The translations under genes were made by a program, and so were the position numbers. The notes beneath the pieces were generated by a model. That model did not search any database, was not told the origin of the DNA, and saw nothing but the letters and a program-made list of their open reading frames with translations. Positions 25,662 through 36,451 of a stretch of 64,000 bases of DNA are shown here, one piece after another. The stretch's first letter is position 1; every line of letters starts with the position of its first letter. Source of the DNA: Dendrobates tinctorius. Its lineage: Eukaryota. The stretch lies in NCBI RefSeq assembly GCF_039654945.1, contig NW_027361754.1, positions 7,750,001 to 7,814,000 on the forward strand, given 5' to 3'.

Positions 25662-26160
25662 TGTGAGACTGTGGATCTCCGGAAGTGAACCCTCAGGACC
25701 GCGATGACGAACCCCCCTCGGGCGAGCTGACCAGGTGGACCACCCCCTATACAGGGGGCATTAGGGGCAGACCCAAGGGAGACTATCGCCGCGGAAGCTG
25801 ATACCTGGGAACAGCCGGGAGAGTATGCAGGCAGGAAAGTGCAGGAGACCAGATGGGAGATGGCGACGGCCACAGGGATGGCTGCAGACACTGCGGGCAC
25901 GGTGGTGGACGGCAGTGGTGAATGGCAATGGCAGACAGCAGGAACCGGTACAGGACGAGAAACAGGAGCAGGAAAACGGAGGCAGGAACGGACTGGATCT
26001 AGGAGGGAACACAGGAAAGTCACAAACAGGGAAGTCAGCGGAGGCCACGGAGTGGTACACAGCGCAGAGCCAAGAGGAACGCAGGAGCGCGTGGACCCGA
26101 TACCACAAATCCATGAACCAGAGTCACTAAGCTCCATGAGTCCAAAAGAGCCTCCATTTG
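25662..26160 (-). mobile_element. Truncated LTR (3' end at 25662)
   Basis: Begins TGTGAGACTGTGG. Shares the CCCCTATACAGGG motif and purine-rich body with the solo LTR at 48689-49402. Confidence 0.6.
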
Positions 26161-26457
26161 GTTCCCGTTGACGAATACCTGTCACAGCTGGGGTTCGCTG
26201 CCCGCAGTGCCTGGGGTTGCGGTGCAGACTGGCTGGTCATGCATAGAGACTCTGCGCATAAATACACAGTCCATAGGTTCAGCCATCAGGGGGCAGCTGA
26301 CAGCCACATGTCTGGGCCCTTGGCACCTCCAACACCTAATAACGGTGGCACGACTGGACTTCGGGACCAGTTTAGAAGAAATGGGACTTTTGTCACCCTA
26401 ACTTCGGGGAACCCCTTCATTACGGGCTCGGTCCTGGTTGGCCCCAGCAGAGAGGAC

Positions 26458-26498
26458 TCCCCATGATGAAGGCACGCCGCCGAAATGTGCGTAGGGGA
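26458..26498 (+). ncRNA. Degenerate minimal hammerhead ribozyme motif in a fragment spanning about 26161-26560
   Basis: TCCCC-ATGATGA-A-GGC(ACGCC)GCC-GAAA-TGTGCG-TA-GGGGA. Stem I has 5 bp and stem II 3 bp, and the first core base is A instead of C. Confidence 0.5.
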
Positions 26499-26973
26499 AG
26501 TGGCACCATCGCATGGTTCCTGGTAAGACATGCTAACTATACGAGTGGCTATTTATAGTTAGTGGGTGCACAGTGGCTGATTATCTAATATATACTTACT
26601 TTGTAATGTCTTCCCATCCTGACACCCATAATGTGGTGGTGCACTTTCTTGCTGGGAAAACTCAGGGAACATGCCATCTTCAGTGCATAAAGAGGGCAAC
26701 ACATCATCATGTAGCAATTTCAGATATCCAGTGGCATTGAGGTTTCCATTGATGAAGAATGGCCCCACTATCTTTGCACCCACCCCATATACCACACCAT
26801 ACCATCAATTATAGGTGTCAGATCCGAGACTTTCTACATGAACAGTTTCCTGGAAAGTGGATTGTCGTCGTGGGCCAGTTGAATGGCCACCAAGGTCTCC
26901 CGATCTAACCCCCTAAGACTTTTATCTTTGGGGTCATCTTAAGGCAATTGTCTAATGTCTATGCTGTGAAGAT

Positions 26974-27294
26974 GAAGATGGCTTTAAGGTGCAATGATAC
27001 ACTGCGCTGCTGTAGGTATAATTCAAGTAACTTTATTGGTACCTACGCGTTTCCTGAGCTGTCCCAGCTCACTTCATCAGGGCATCATACAGCAGCGCAG
27101 TGTATCATTGCACCTTAAAGCCATCTTCACTTACAAGTCTTTGGACCCTGTGCAGACTGCAGCAGCTGTTTCATGCATTTGTAGGTGTTGTGACCGAAGT
27201 TTCACAACCCTATCAGGTGAGTCTCTCCTTGCCTCACCATTACAATTGTGGTTTAAAGGTTTTACACAGTGAATGCGCCCTGTTTTGTTTCTTT
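26974..27294. mobile_element. 321-bp Penelope-like / retrozyme-like insertion with a 42-bp inverted repeat
   Basis: 14-bp TSD TATGCTGTGAAGAT (26960-26973, 27295-27308) and a perfect inverted repeat at 26973-27014 / 27088-27129. Confidence 0.8.
27040..27084 (-). ncRNA. Minimal type I hammerhead ribozyme motif
   Basis: TGCC-CTGATGA-A-G-TGAGCTG(GGA)CAGCTCA-G-GAAA-CGCG-TA-GGTA. Intact CUGANGA, GAAA and UH, with a palindromic ACGCGT stem III. Confidence 0.72.
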
Positions 27295-28033
27295 TATGCT
27301 GTGAAGATATGAGATGTGCAGCATCTGAAACACCGGATACTGGAAGCCTGTGCTAGCATTTCTTCTGCGGTGTTGTAATCAGTGTATCAAGAGTGGGAGA
27401 AGAGGGTTGCATTGATAATCCAACACAATTGGCAGACCTTTGAACACATTTTATAAGTGGTCATAAACTTGTAAATAACTCATGAAATAATAAAGTTATC
27501 CCCCTCCCATATACTAATGTGCCACAAACAAGCAAACAGGAAGTTGATATCACCAACCATTCCCATTTTATTTAGGTGTATCCATATAAATGGTCCACCC
27601 TGTATATTACATAAATATACCATATATACACACAGCAGAAATATATACAACCAGGATGTAATTTAAGGGGTTAACGAGATTTTAAAACCCCTTACATTCC
27701 CTCTTTCTTTTAAGATGGTCGTCCCTGACCATGTGACGCTTGAAACTTTTAATATACACAAGTTATATTCCACACAGGGAGGAAAAATATACATATTTAC
27801 ATTTTGGCTCAATGTGAGCCGAGTCTATGAAACTTCAAAGGAAGGCGGCTCCCTTCCTTTAAACATGGTACTATGGTACCCATAGCCCTGCACCGCAGCT
27901 TCAGGACAATATTCTGCTTTCAGCAGAATGGGCGCAACAAAAAAAACTAAAAGAGTCCATGCTCTCAATGGGGATGCCTGGCTCTCAGGTAGACAATGTT
28001 AGTAATCAAGATATACTATAATTATTTACATAT

Positions 28034-30486
28034 TGTCATGTCCGCCATGTCTGTCATGTCTGCCCTGTCTGTTTCCTCTCAAGAACTCCTGGAGCGATGT
28101 GCATGCGAATATCTTGTCTGCTATCCTGCGTGTTCCCTAGAGCAGTGTGCACACTAACCTCATGTCTGCTGAGCTGCAAGAAGCCTGCGTTTCTGCCTTG
28201 CCTTCTGTGATCTTCTCGTCATGTCTGAAACCTTGATCATGTCACGTTACCTAAGATCCTGCACTGTCTGTTTCTGCAATCATCTCGTCATTTCTGAAAC
28301 TCTGATCATGTGACCTTTCCTAGGATCCTGCACTGTCTGGATCGGTGATAACCTCGTCATCTCTGGAGCATCTGAACTAGGAAGTTCTCCCCTGATCCTG
28401 ACCTGGAAGAGGAGGTGCTATGCCCTATATCAGGCCGCCCCTTCGTATGCTCAGGGCCTGAGTATTGTGTTGTGTCCCTGCATGGCTGCTTGGTCTGTGG
28501 GGCGCTCCCTCTATTCTGTGCCCTTGCACTCAGCTTTGTAGTGCGTCTCTGCACACGCTCCGTGCTCGTATTCCGTCTCTGGTCTTGTGTCTTGTCTAGT
28601 GTTTGTCCTTCGTGCCATGTTTTGTCCCTGCTCTGCTTTGTCTTGTAGTCCTTGTTTGCTCTTATTCTGTTCCGTGTTTCTGTCCTCGTTTCATGTCTCG
28701 CTCTGCTTTGTGGCTTCAGGTACCCTGCCTCTGTCTCTGTCCCTGGCGTGTCCTTACACGTGCAGGCCTCCGTCTCTGTACCCTGCCCTGAAGTATCCTT
28801 ACACGTGCAGGCCTCCGTTTCTGTACCCTGCCCTGACGTGTCTCCCTACACATGCAGGCCTCCGTCTCTGTCCCTGTCGTGTCTCTACACGTGCAGGCCT
28901 CCGCTCTGAACCTCTCCCTGGCGTGTCTCTACACATGCAGGCCTCGCTCTGTACCCTGTCTAGTCCCAAGGTCCTTCCTTGGCCCGGCTCTGGGCTTCGG
29001 CCTACGCTCCGCTGCTAGACTGTCCCTGGCGTGTCTCCACTCGTGCAGGCCTCCGCTCTGAACCTTTCCCTGGCGTGTCTTTACACGTGCAGGTCTCGCT
29101 CTGTACCTTGTTTAGTCCCAAGGCCCTGCCTGGGCCCGGCTCTGGGCTTCGGCCTACGCTCCACTACTAGACTGTCCCTATCCCTGGCATGCTCTCCACA
29201 TGCGCAGGTCTCTGCCTCGTTCTTTGTCTTGTCCCTGTTGTTTTGTGCGCTCTTGCACATTTCGTACTAGGCTTTGCCATGCTGTCTCGCATGTGGCTCT
29301 GTCCTGTACCCTTTGCCTAGCCCTGCCTTGTGGCTCCGTGCCTCTGTGCACGTGCCTGGTCGCCTGTGCATGCCTGGTGTGCCTCAGCCGTGCCGCCTCT
29401 AGCCGTGCTCGCCTCTGTGCCCCAGCCATGCCCCATCCAGTGCTATAGTGGTCTGGCTGCGTGGCCCCGCAGCGGTACCGCCTATAGTCTTGCCCGCTTG
29501 CAACTGCCATCGTCGGTACCACCTGCCGGTGCTCCCAGCCGTGGTCTCTGTGCTTCCTTGCACTCACGCTGGTTCTCGCACTGTGCCTTTTCGTGCTACT
29601 CTTGCACAAAGCCTTTGTCTCTTTTGCTCTTCTCTGACCCCTAGTTTGCTCGCCGGATTCCATAACCTGCCGACCACTGCCAGAGGTCTGGACCTAGATG
29701 ACTGCGGCCTGATGTCCGGAGCTGATGTCCGTAGCCAGATACCTGGACCCTGTCGGTTGATGCCAGCATTTGGATTCCGATGCCACCGTACTCTGTGCCT
29801 CTCCCTGGCATGCCCCTTGCCATGCGCAGGCTACCGTCCTGTGAACCTGACCCGTCCCTGGCATACCCCTTGGCATGCGCAGGTCTCTGTTCTGTAAACC
29901 TGATCCTGGCGTGTCCGTTGACACGCACCATGTCACTAACTCTATCTTGTTTCCTTGCATGGAACCCTGGCTGACTTCTGGATGTCCGGATCCTGCCGAT
30001 CATCCTCTGAGCTACAGACCTGATGCCCTGGTTGATCGTGGACTGTTGTCCGGAGTCCGATGTCCGCGTACCATCTGCACGTTCCATGCTTGGACCTCGG
30101 CGTGCCATTGCACGCACCCTATTCCACGAACTCTGTGTGTTCACGTTTGCTCCTGTTGCACCCTGAAGAGTTCCTCAAGTCTTGGACCTCGGCGTGCTCT
30201 TGCACGCACCTTGCCTTATGTTTTGTGTGTCCACGTTTTGTACCTGAAGTCTTCCTTAATGAAGTTTCTATGAATTAATGACTCGTCTTGCCTTGTCTTG
30301 TTTCCCTGAGCCGGCCTTCTGGTCCAGCTGTCGTGGTGGCTCACCCCCTTGGTCTTGCCCCTGACACTCCCTGTATAAGGGGCGGTTCTCATTAGGTCAG
30401 CTTGCCCTAGGTGGGTGGGTGCCACAGCCCAGAGGGTCCACTCTTTCAAGAAAGAAATGACTCAGCGTAAGCTGACGCTCGTCACA
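28034..30486 (+). mobile_element. Very long (2453 bp) solo-LTR-like element with internal tandem repeats
   Basis: TGTCA...TCACA ends, 5-bp TSD CATAT, pyrimidine-rich body with ACACGTGCAGGCCTCCG repeats, CCCTGTATAAGGGG near the 3' end. Confidence 0.8.
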
Positions 30487-30616
30487 CATATGTACACTAA
30501 TTTTTCCATGACCGGCTTTTGGCCACGCTATTCCCCCCCCCCTTCCTTTGAGGACGCAAAACAGTCCTCCATGAAATGTCCCTGTGCAACAAGCACAACA
30601 ATGTACACAGATTAAT

Positions 30617-31433
30617 TCAATGGCACACATCCCGTGCCGCTCTTCCAGTGGTTGGATCCCAGGCCCGGGTTCGGGCCGAAGACGACTCTGCAGCCGCAGA
30701 GGTCGTGGGTGGCCAAGATGCAGCAGCAGCAGAACCACAGGCAGGGGAGGGGAAAGTGCAGCGTACCGATGTTTCACGTCTTGGGCCCGGATTCCTTTTT
30801 GAGCTGTCATTTACGGTACACAAAGCTACTGCTACTGCATAGTAGCCTCGGGGGCAGTCCTCCTTATAAAAAGAGACCTGGTCCCCTTCACGTAAGGGTT
30901 TTCCGAATTTTACGGAGGCAGCATTGATGTACACGTTATCATTTGTGCCATCCTTCCGTATGAACCCAAATCCCCGGTCAACGTTGGTAAACATTACCTG
31001 ACCGTAAGGCTGTGTTCACACGTTCAGGATTTTTCACGTTTTTTAGCATTTTTCCCCTGCAAAAACGCTTTAAAAACGCATACATTAAGCATCCTATCAG
31101 AATGAAATCCGCAATTTTTGTTCCCATGATGCATTTTTTCCGCAAAAAAACGCATTGCGGAAAAAACAGCATGTTCATTAATTTTGCAGAAAATCTGCAG
31201 ATTTCATTGATGATCTGGAAAAAAAATGCGGAAAATCCGCAAAAAAATGCGCTAAAAAAGCAAAACAAAATGCGGATTTCCTGGGAAGGAGTCCGTTTTT
31301 TCTCAGGAAATTTCTGCATATGTGAGCACATAACCTAAGTGCGGCGCTCCGCTAAAGCGCCTTCTCCATATCACCACAGCTGGGCCCAGATCTCCTTTTC
31401 CCGCTGCTTTTTGCCCGCAATCACGTCCGTAAT
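30617..31433 (-). pseudogene. Cold-shock domain (OB-fold, Y-box/Lin28/CspA-like) coding segment, split by a MITE
   Basis: Removing 31008-31335 plus one TAA gives ERRTYGQVMFTNVDRGFGFIRKDGTNDNVYINAASVKFGKPLREGDQVSFYKEDCPRGYYAVAV. This shows RNP1 RGFGFI, an RNP2-like NVYIN and LxEGxxVxF. Confidence 0.8.
31008..31335. mobile_element. Harbinger-type MITE, 328 bp
   Basis: GGCTGTGTTCACA ... TGTGAGCACATAACC termini, TAA TSD, fold-back interior. Confidence 0.88.
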
Positions 31434-33429
31434 TCAGGCAGACTGCTCAGATGTAGGGAAAGGGCCCTTCTCAATGTGGTAGAAATGTGAGGTGCCCAGC
31501 GCTGGGTCTGCGCCGGACGTGAGACTGGCCTGACGTTCACGATGACCGGAGGAGTGATCCAGAGGCTCGGTCGCGGAGTCGGAAGGCCAGAGGATGGTCT
31601 GGCTAGGTGGAGTAGAAGGCCGCGGCGGGGGACAGGCTTTCAGGGTAAAAGGCTGCAATGGACTCACCACAGTAGATTTAGGTAGTCCTGCCGCTCCCGG
31701 CCCGCGTACGATGTATCCCTTCGCGGACACAGCAAGGCCCTCTGGCTCCCGATGATGTAGTTCCGGCCTGATCCTCTCTTCTGGTTCGGGCTCCTACGGG
31801 GCTGTCGCTGAATTTGGTCCCCGTCAATACTGCAATGCTGGGTCCGGGTACAAAGGTTCCAGCTCCCCAAGTCATTCTGGTCGTCATGGACGTCTCAGCT
31901 CCGTGTACCGTGGCTCCCGCCGAGGAGGTTCCTGCTCCGCTGGGCCTTGTCACTCCAGTTCTTCCGGATGGTGTACCGGCCCCGGCAGCCGCCAGGGTCC
32001 TTTGATCCCAGGTACGGGGTGCAGCTGCATCGCTTCTCTGTCGCCAGGGTCGGGCACGCTCCTCATTCTCATGCCACCATTTCCACTCGATGCGGCCTAC
32101 TCCTCTGCAGTATAGTGTGCAAGAGTGTTGTATCGCTGCTGGTGCCGTTTTCCATAGTGGTGTCATGCAGCTGCACCCAATGTTTTTTTCTGGACCCCAC
32201 CCGTACCAGGGCGGGGGGTCGACTCTTGCTGCTCCACCCATTTTCTGGCAAACTGTTTCAGGAAGTGTGGTGCGAAGGGCTTTCGAAACATCCTCCGGGG
32301 GCGGATGCAGGGACGTCTCCTGACAGGTCTTCGCTCCTTCTCAGTGCTGTCACGCCCACGAACGATGAAGTCACTTTGGTTGTCTTCTTTTTTGGTGCCA
32401 TTTTCCACCATTTTCATGGCCGCCATCTTTATCAACACATTGTCACTCGTCAGTCCCAATCGTTTCAGACAAATCCAGGATTCCAGTCACATTGGCAAAA
32501 TCCTCAATTCTTTCATCTTTTCTTGTCACATCACTTTCATCACTCGCAGCATTCCCGTGCTGCACGGTTTCGGCATCCTGCCGACTACGCCAAGTGTGAG
32601 GGAGGTATAGGGCGGTAGTCATGGCTGATAACATCTGCGCTAGCGCACCCTGCCCTCCCGTCACATACACGTACTTCCCCAGCGCCGTCAGGGTCCTCTG
32701 TCCATTTCTGGATTTCTTTACGGTCCGGTTTGATACAAAACGAGCCACAGTCCAATTCAACTTTTAAACTGGTAGCTTTACTGACTCTGGTACATAGCAT
32801 GTTTGTATTCTTTCCAGCATCAAAATCAGGTTTCACAACGTGCAACTCCTCTTTCCTTGTACTAAGCTTGCTTCTGGGATGGAACGTACTCACTGTTCAG
32901 CCTTACTTCACGAGGTGACTCCCTCAGCCGTTTCGCCCCGATCCAGAGGTCATCAGCCCATGCAATAAGCTGCCACATATTGAGAGACCTACACGTATTG
33001 CTTAGTCTTTGCCGGAAACTGCAGTCCCACTAATACTGCACCGCTAGCACTGTTGCTGTTGAAATTCTGGCCATGAACACTAAATAGCTGGGCATTAATC
33101 TTCGGCAACGTTATATGACATGGTGTTGCCCGGGGCTAGTTAGCCCAAGTGAGCTGCACGGGCGCCCTGGCCCCAACTGACTTCTATAAGGAAGTCCTTC
33201 CTACCTTATCCACTGTGCCCCTCCTAACTTAACTATTTACACTACCACTCCTACCACTAAAATGTACGCCTATCTTGTTGCCAAACCTGGGTACTACACT
33301 CACCCTACCAGTACAATAACATTACATGAATATATTACATAAATATACAAGATATAAACACACAGCAGAAATATATACAACCAGGACATAACTTAAGGGG
33401 TTAACGAGACTTTACAACCCCTTACATTG

Positions 33430-34871
33430 TCACCAGTGATCACTGTATTACCTGTACACTGACAGTAAATACAGAGTTCCTGTGTACAATGGCACTTAGT
33501 ATTGTGTTTTTTTTATTATTAATGATCAGTATTGTAGTATTCAGTAACTATGGTGGTAATATGTGATCTGGTTATGGTGTGGCGGTATTTATTCCTTGTA
33601 TGTGGTATTATTCGGTCACTATGTGGTGGTAATATGTGGTCTGGTCATGGTGTGACGATATTTGTCCCTTGTATGTGGTATTAATGGTCAGTTAAAAAAA
33701 AAGTATGTGACTCATTCCCTTAAGGAAGAATACATAAAAATACAGTATATTTATTTTTAATAGTTTGGAGTAGAGTAGGGCCCAGCCAAAAGCGTCTACC
33801 ATGTTATGGTGGCAGCTTAAAAATTATTTTGGCCAGAACAAAAGCTGCTGTGGTATGATGAGTCACCGAAGGAGGAAAAAACAAAATACCAGCTAAGTCC
33901 AGAAAAACCAGAGAGGTTGGCAGCTATCGGATTGCAGACCCCTGAACCTATCCACAACAACTAGCAGTAGCTGTGGGGGGTTCCTACGGTGCCCTAGACC
34001 CCTCGATCACAGCCGGAGAACTACATAGCCTAAAGACAGAAAGGGGAAAAACTAAACTGCCCCAGAGCAGACCCCAAAGCAAAAGGCAGCCCCCAACATA
34101 TAATGACGGTGAAGCAAGATGAAAACACTAACACAGATAGAAAGATAGGTTGAGCAAATGATGGGGCCCAAGCTAACTACATAGGACAGGATAGGAAAGC
34201 TGCTGTCTGCCATCCGCAAAAATCCCTATCAAAATGAGCCAATCGACTGATAGGAAAAACAGGCCCTGAAGTCGCTAGGCTTCAAAAGACTATATCAGCA
34301 CTCAGGTATATTCTGAAGACAGAGCAAAAGATCAACAGATCAGAGACAAAAATGGAATTCAGCTCACCCCCGGCCGGGGATGGCAGAACTCCCAAAAAAC
34401 AAAGCAAAACAAAAACAAAACTGAAGAGTACAAAGCAGAGCAGAAAAACTTAGCTTTGAGATGCAGGAATCAGACTGGTCTCCAAGAATCCAGCAGGAAA
34501 ATCACCAGCCAGGAAGAAGGGCGTCGGCAGCCTTATATCCAGTCCTCAATTCCAGCCACCCAGTCATCATCTAGCTGCCCATGTGTTTGGTAATCAGCCT
34601 CACTACCTTCCTTCACCAGAGGAGGGAGTTCATCAGACCTCAATGGTGAAGGGAAAAATGAACTCACAACACTGCTGGTTATGAGTGTGATCTGGTGTTA
34701 GACGGGAACTGTTAATATCTGATTGGTGAGGACGTGCTGGAGAAGTTTAGTTTTTCCATGAGTGGGTGGTGAGATGGTGGAGGTGGAGCTGGAGTGCAGC
34801 CTGGGTGGAGTATCAAGGGGGCTCAACAATTTTGCCAGTATGGGGCCCCGAAATTCTTAGTGGCAGCCCTG
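33430..34871. mobile_element. Terminal part of a non-autonomous hAT-like element
   Basis: Ends GGGGCCCCGAAATTCTTAGTGGCAGCCCTG, with a short tandem duplication at 33530-33685. Confidence 0.5.
33849..34671 (-). mobile_element. Solo LTR
   Basis: TGT...ACA ends and a 4-bp TSD CTGC. Confidence 0.7.
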
Positions 34872-35312
34872 TCCACAACCTGTCTCCTGGTACTTAACCG
34901 CATTCAACCTCATATCTTCACAAAATCTCCTTCTCTACTCCCCTCTTATCTGCCCTTCCCACAATCACATACAAGATTTCCCCCCCCCTATTCTGGAACT
35001 CTCTTCCCCAACATATCAGACGCTTGCCTACTGTGGAATACTTCAGAAGGAACCTGAAGAACTACCTCTTTCAACAAGCCTACAACCTTCAGTAACCACC
35101 GATCCACCAAACCGCTGCACGACCAGTTCTACCCTCACCTACTTTATCCTCACCCATCCCTTGTAGATTGTGAGCCATCGCGGGCAGGGTCCTCTCTCCT
35201 CTTGTACCAATCAGTGACTTATTCTCTTCAAGATTATTGTACTTGTTTTTATTATGTTTTCCCCTTTCACATGTAATGGAATAAATGGTGCTATAATAAT
35301 AAATAATAATTA
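34872..35312 (+). mobile_element. L2 3' tail fragment
   Basis: Homologous to the 3' ends at 38500-38930 and 55800-56225. Ends AATGGTGCTATAATAATAAATAATAAT. Confidence 0.8.
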
Positions 35313-36451
35313 TTAAAAAATCATCATAACAGAAAAGGACACTCACTGTAGGGCTGCTTATACATGGGCACATCTGTAACTCCTTGTGCGTCAGATTATT
35401 CTTCAGGAATATAGATATTCTCCCCATTTACTGCTTTCAGGGAGGGTATTACACTGCTTCACAAAGGCTCCATATGGCTTTGTAGACCTTTAGTCCAATG
35501 TGTTGAGGAATTTTCTGCCTTCATGATTACTATATGTCACATACTCCCAGTATTAAAAGCTGAACAAAACATCTATGTGAATGATATTATCGGCTCTGCT
35601 CATAAACCATCATTTTAAAAGCAGCTGATTTCTGCTGTCTCTTCTAGTGAAATTGATGTGGTTTTCCAAATAATGTAGACCTTGTGTGCGTGCAACAGTC
35701 ACCCACCCATTCCTATGAATGTTAATCTAAAAAAGGAAAAAAAGCCTTTAAACACATAAGCACAGATGTTTCTTCTTAAGAAACACAATGTCCTGGCCTG
35801 GAAAATGATGGTTGCATAATAATCCAAACTCCTGGATGATGCAACATTAAAAACACCATCAAGTGCCGGGAACAAACTACAACACCACAAACTCCACTGA
35901 AAAACTGCAGATTTATTAAACCGGTGATTTATGAACTTGCGATGTGACACAATACATCTGTAGGAAGTAAAAAAACAAGTTACACTCAGTCGGACAACCC
36001 AGTGACACGTTCTTGTCTAAAGCAAACTTTCATAGTTCTGAACATTAAACGTTAAATGCAGCTCAGCTCAGGGTCACCATAATTTCCAGACAGTTTTCGC
36101 CTACACAGGAAAGGCAGAAATTAATTTATGGCTTTTCTATATGGGCCAATAATCATTGCCCAATATGTGGGAGCGATCAGCTGACAAACAAGCTTGTTCA
36201 TCAGCCAATCGCATCCTTTACGCTGACCAAAAATCAGCAGTGTAAAAAGGGAATGTGCTGCTGACAACAATGAAACGGTATCAAGACCAGACAATCTAAT
36301 TTCAGTAATCTGTCCTCATACCAGCTCACACAAAAGTATCTTTAAATGAGCAATTATCGACTTATTTATTGGCGCTGATTATAGAAATTGGATTGGACCA
36401 TCTAAAATGACCTTCACCAAACAATTTGTCAGACTTTTTCGAGTCACAGTC

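Larger units (their letters stand above)
26610..27602. mobile_element. Degraded mariner/Tc1-superfamily element with an internal inversion
   Basis: Minus strand 26610-26805 gives IVGPFFINGNLN...QQESAPPHYGCQ. Plus strand continues with FPGKWI..EWPPRSPDLTP..FYLWGHLK. Right TIR ...CCACCCTG + TA. Confidence 0.8.
27604..33426 (-). mobile_element. Non-autonomous LTR retroelement carrying a cold-shock-domain ORF
   Basis: Both LTRs start TGTAAGGGGTT (33426 and 27696) and align over about 90 bp. PPT AAAGAAAGAGGGAA lies at 27710-27697. The 5' LTR is about 33426-32981. The 3' LTR is cut at a TA by the mariner end. No gag/pol motifs recognised. Confidence 0.8.

Noticed and set aside
27187-27220. Possible fourth hammerhead (minus strand CTGATAG...GAAACTTCGGTC)
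   Set aside because: The core is not CUGANGA and no stem II forms. It is better explained as a simple hairpin GTTGTGA/TCACAAC.
30617-30994. Host YBX/LIN28 gene, or bacterial cspA contamination
   Set aside because: Lacks the invariant host CSD residues, introns and CCHC knuckles, and is embedded between LTRs and interrupted by a vertebrate-type MITE.
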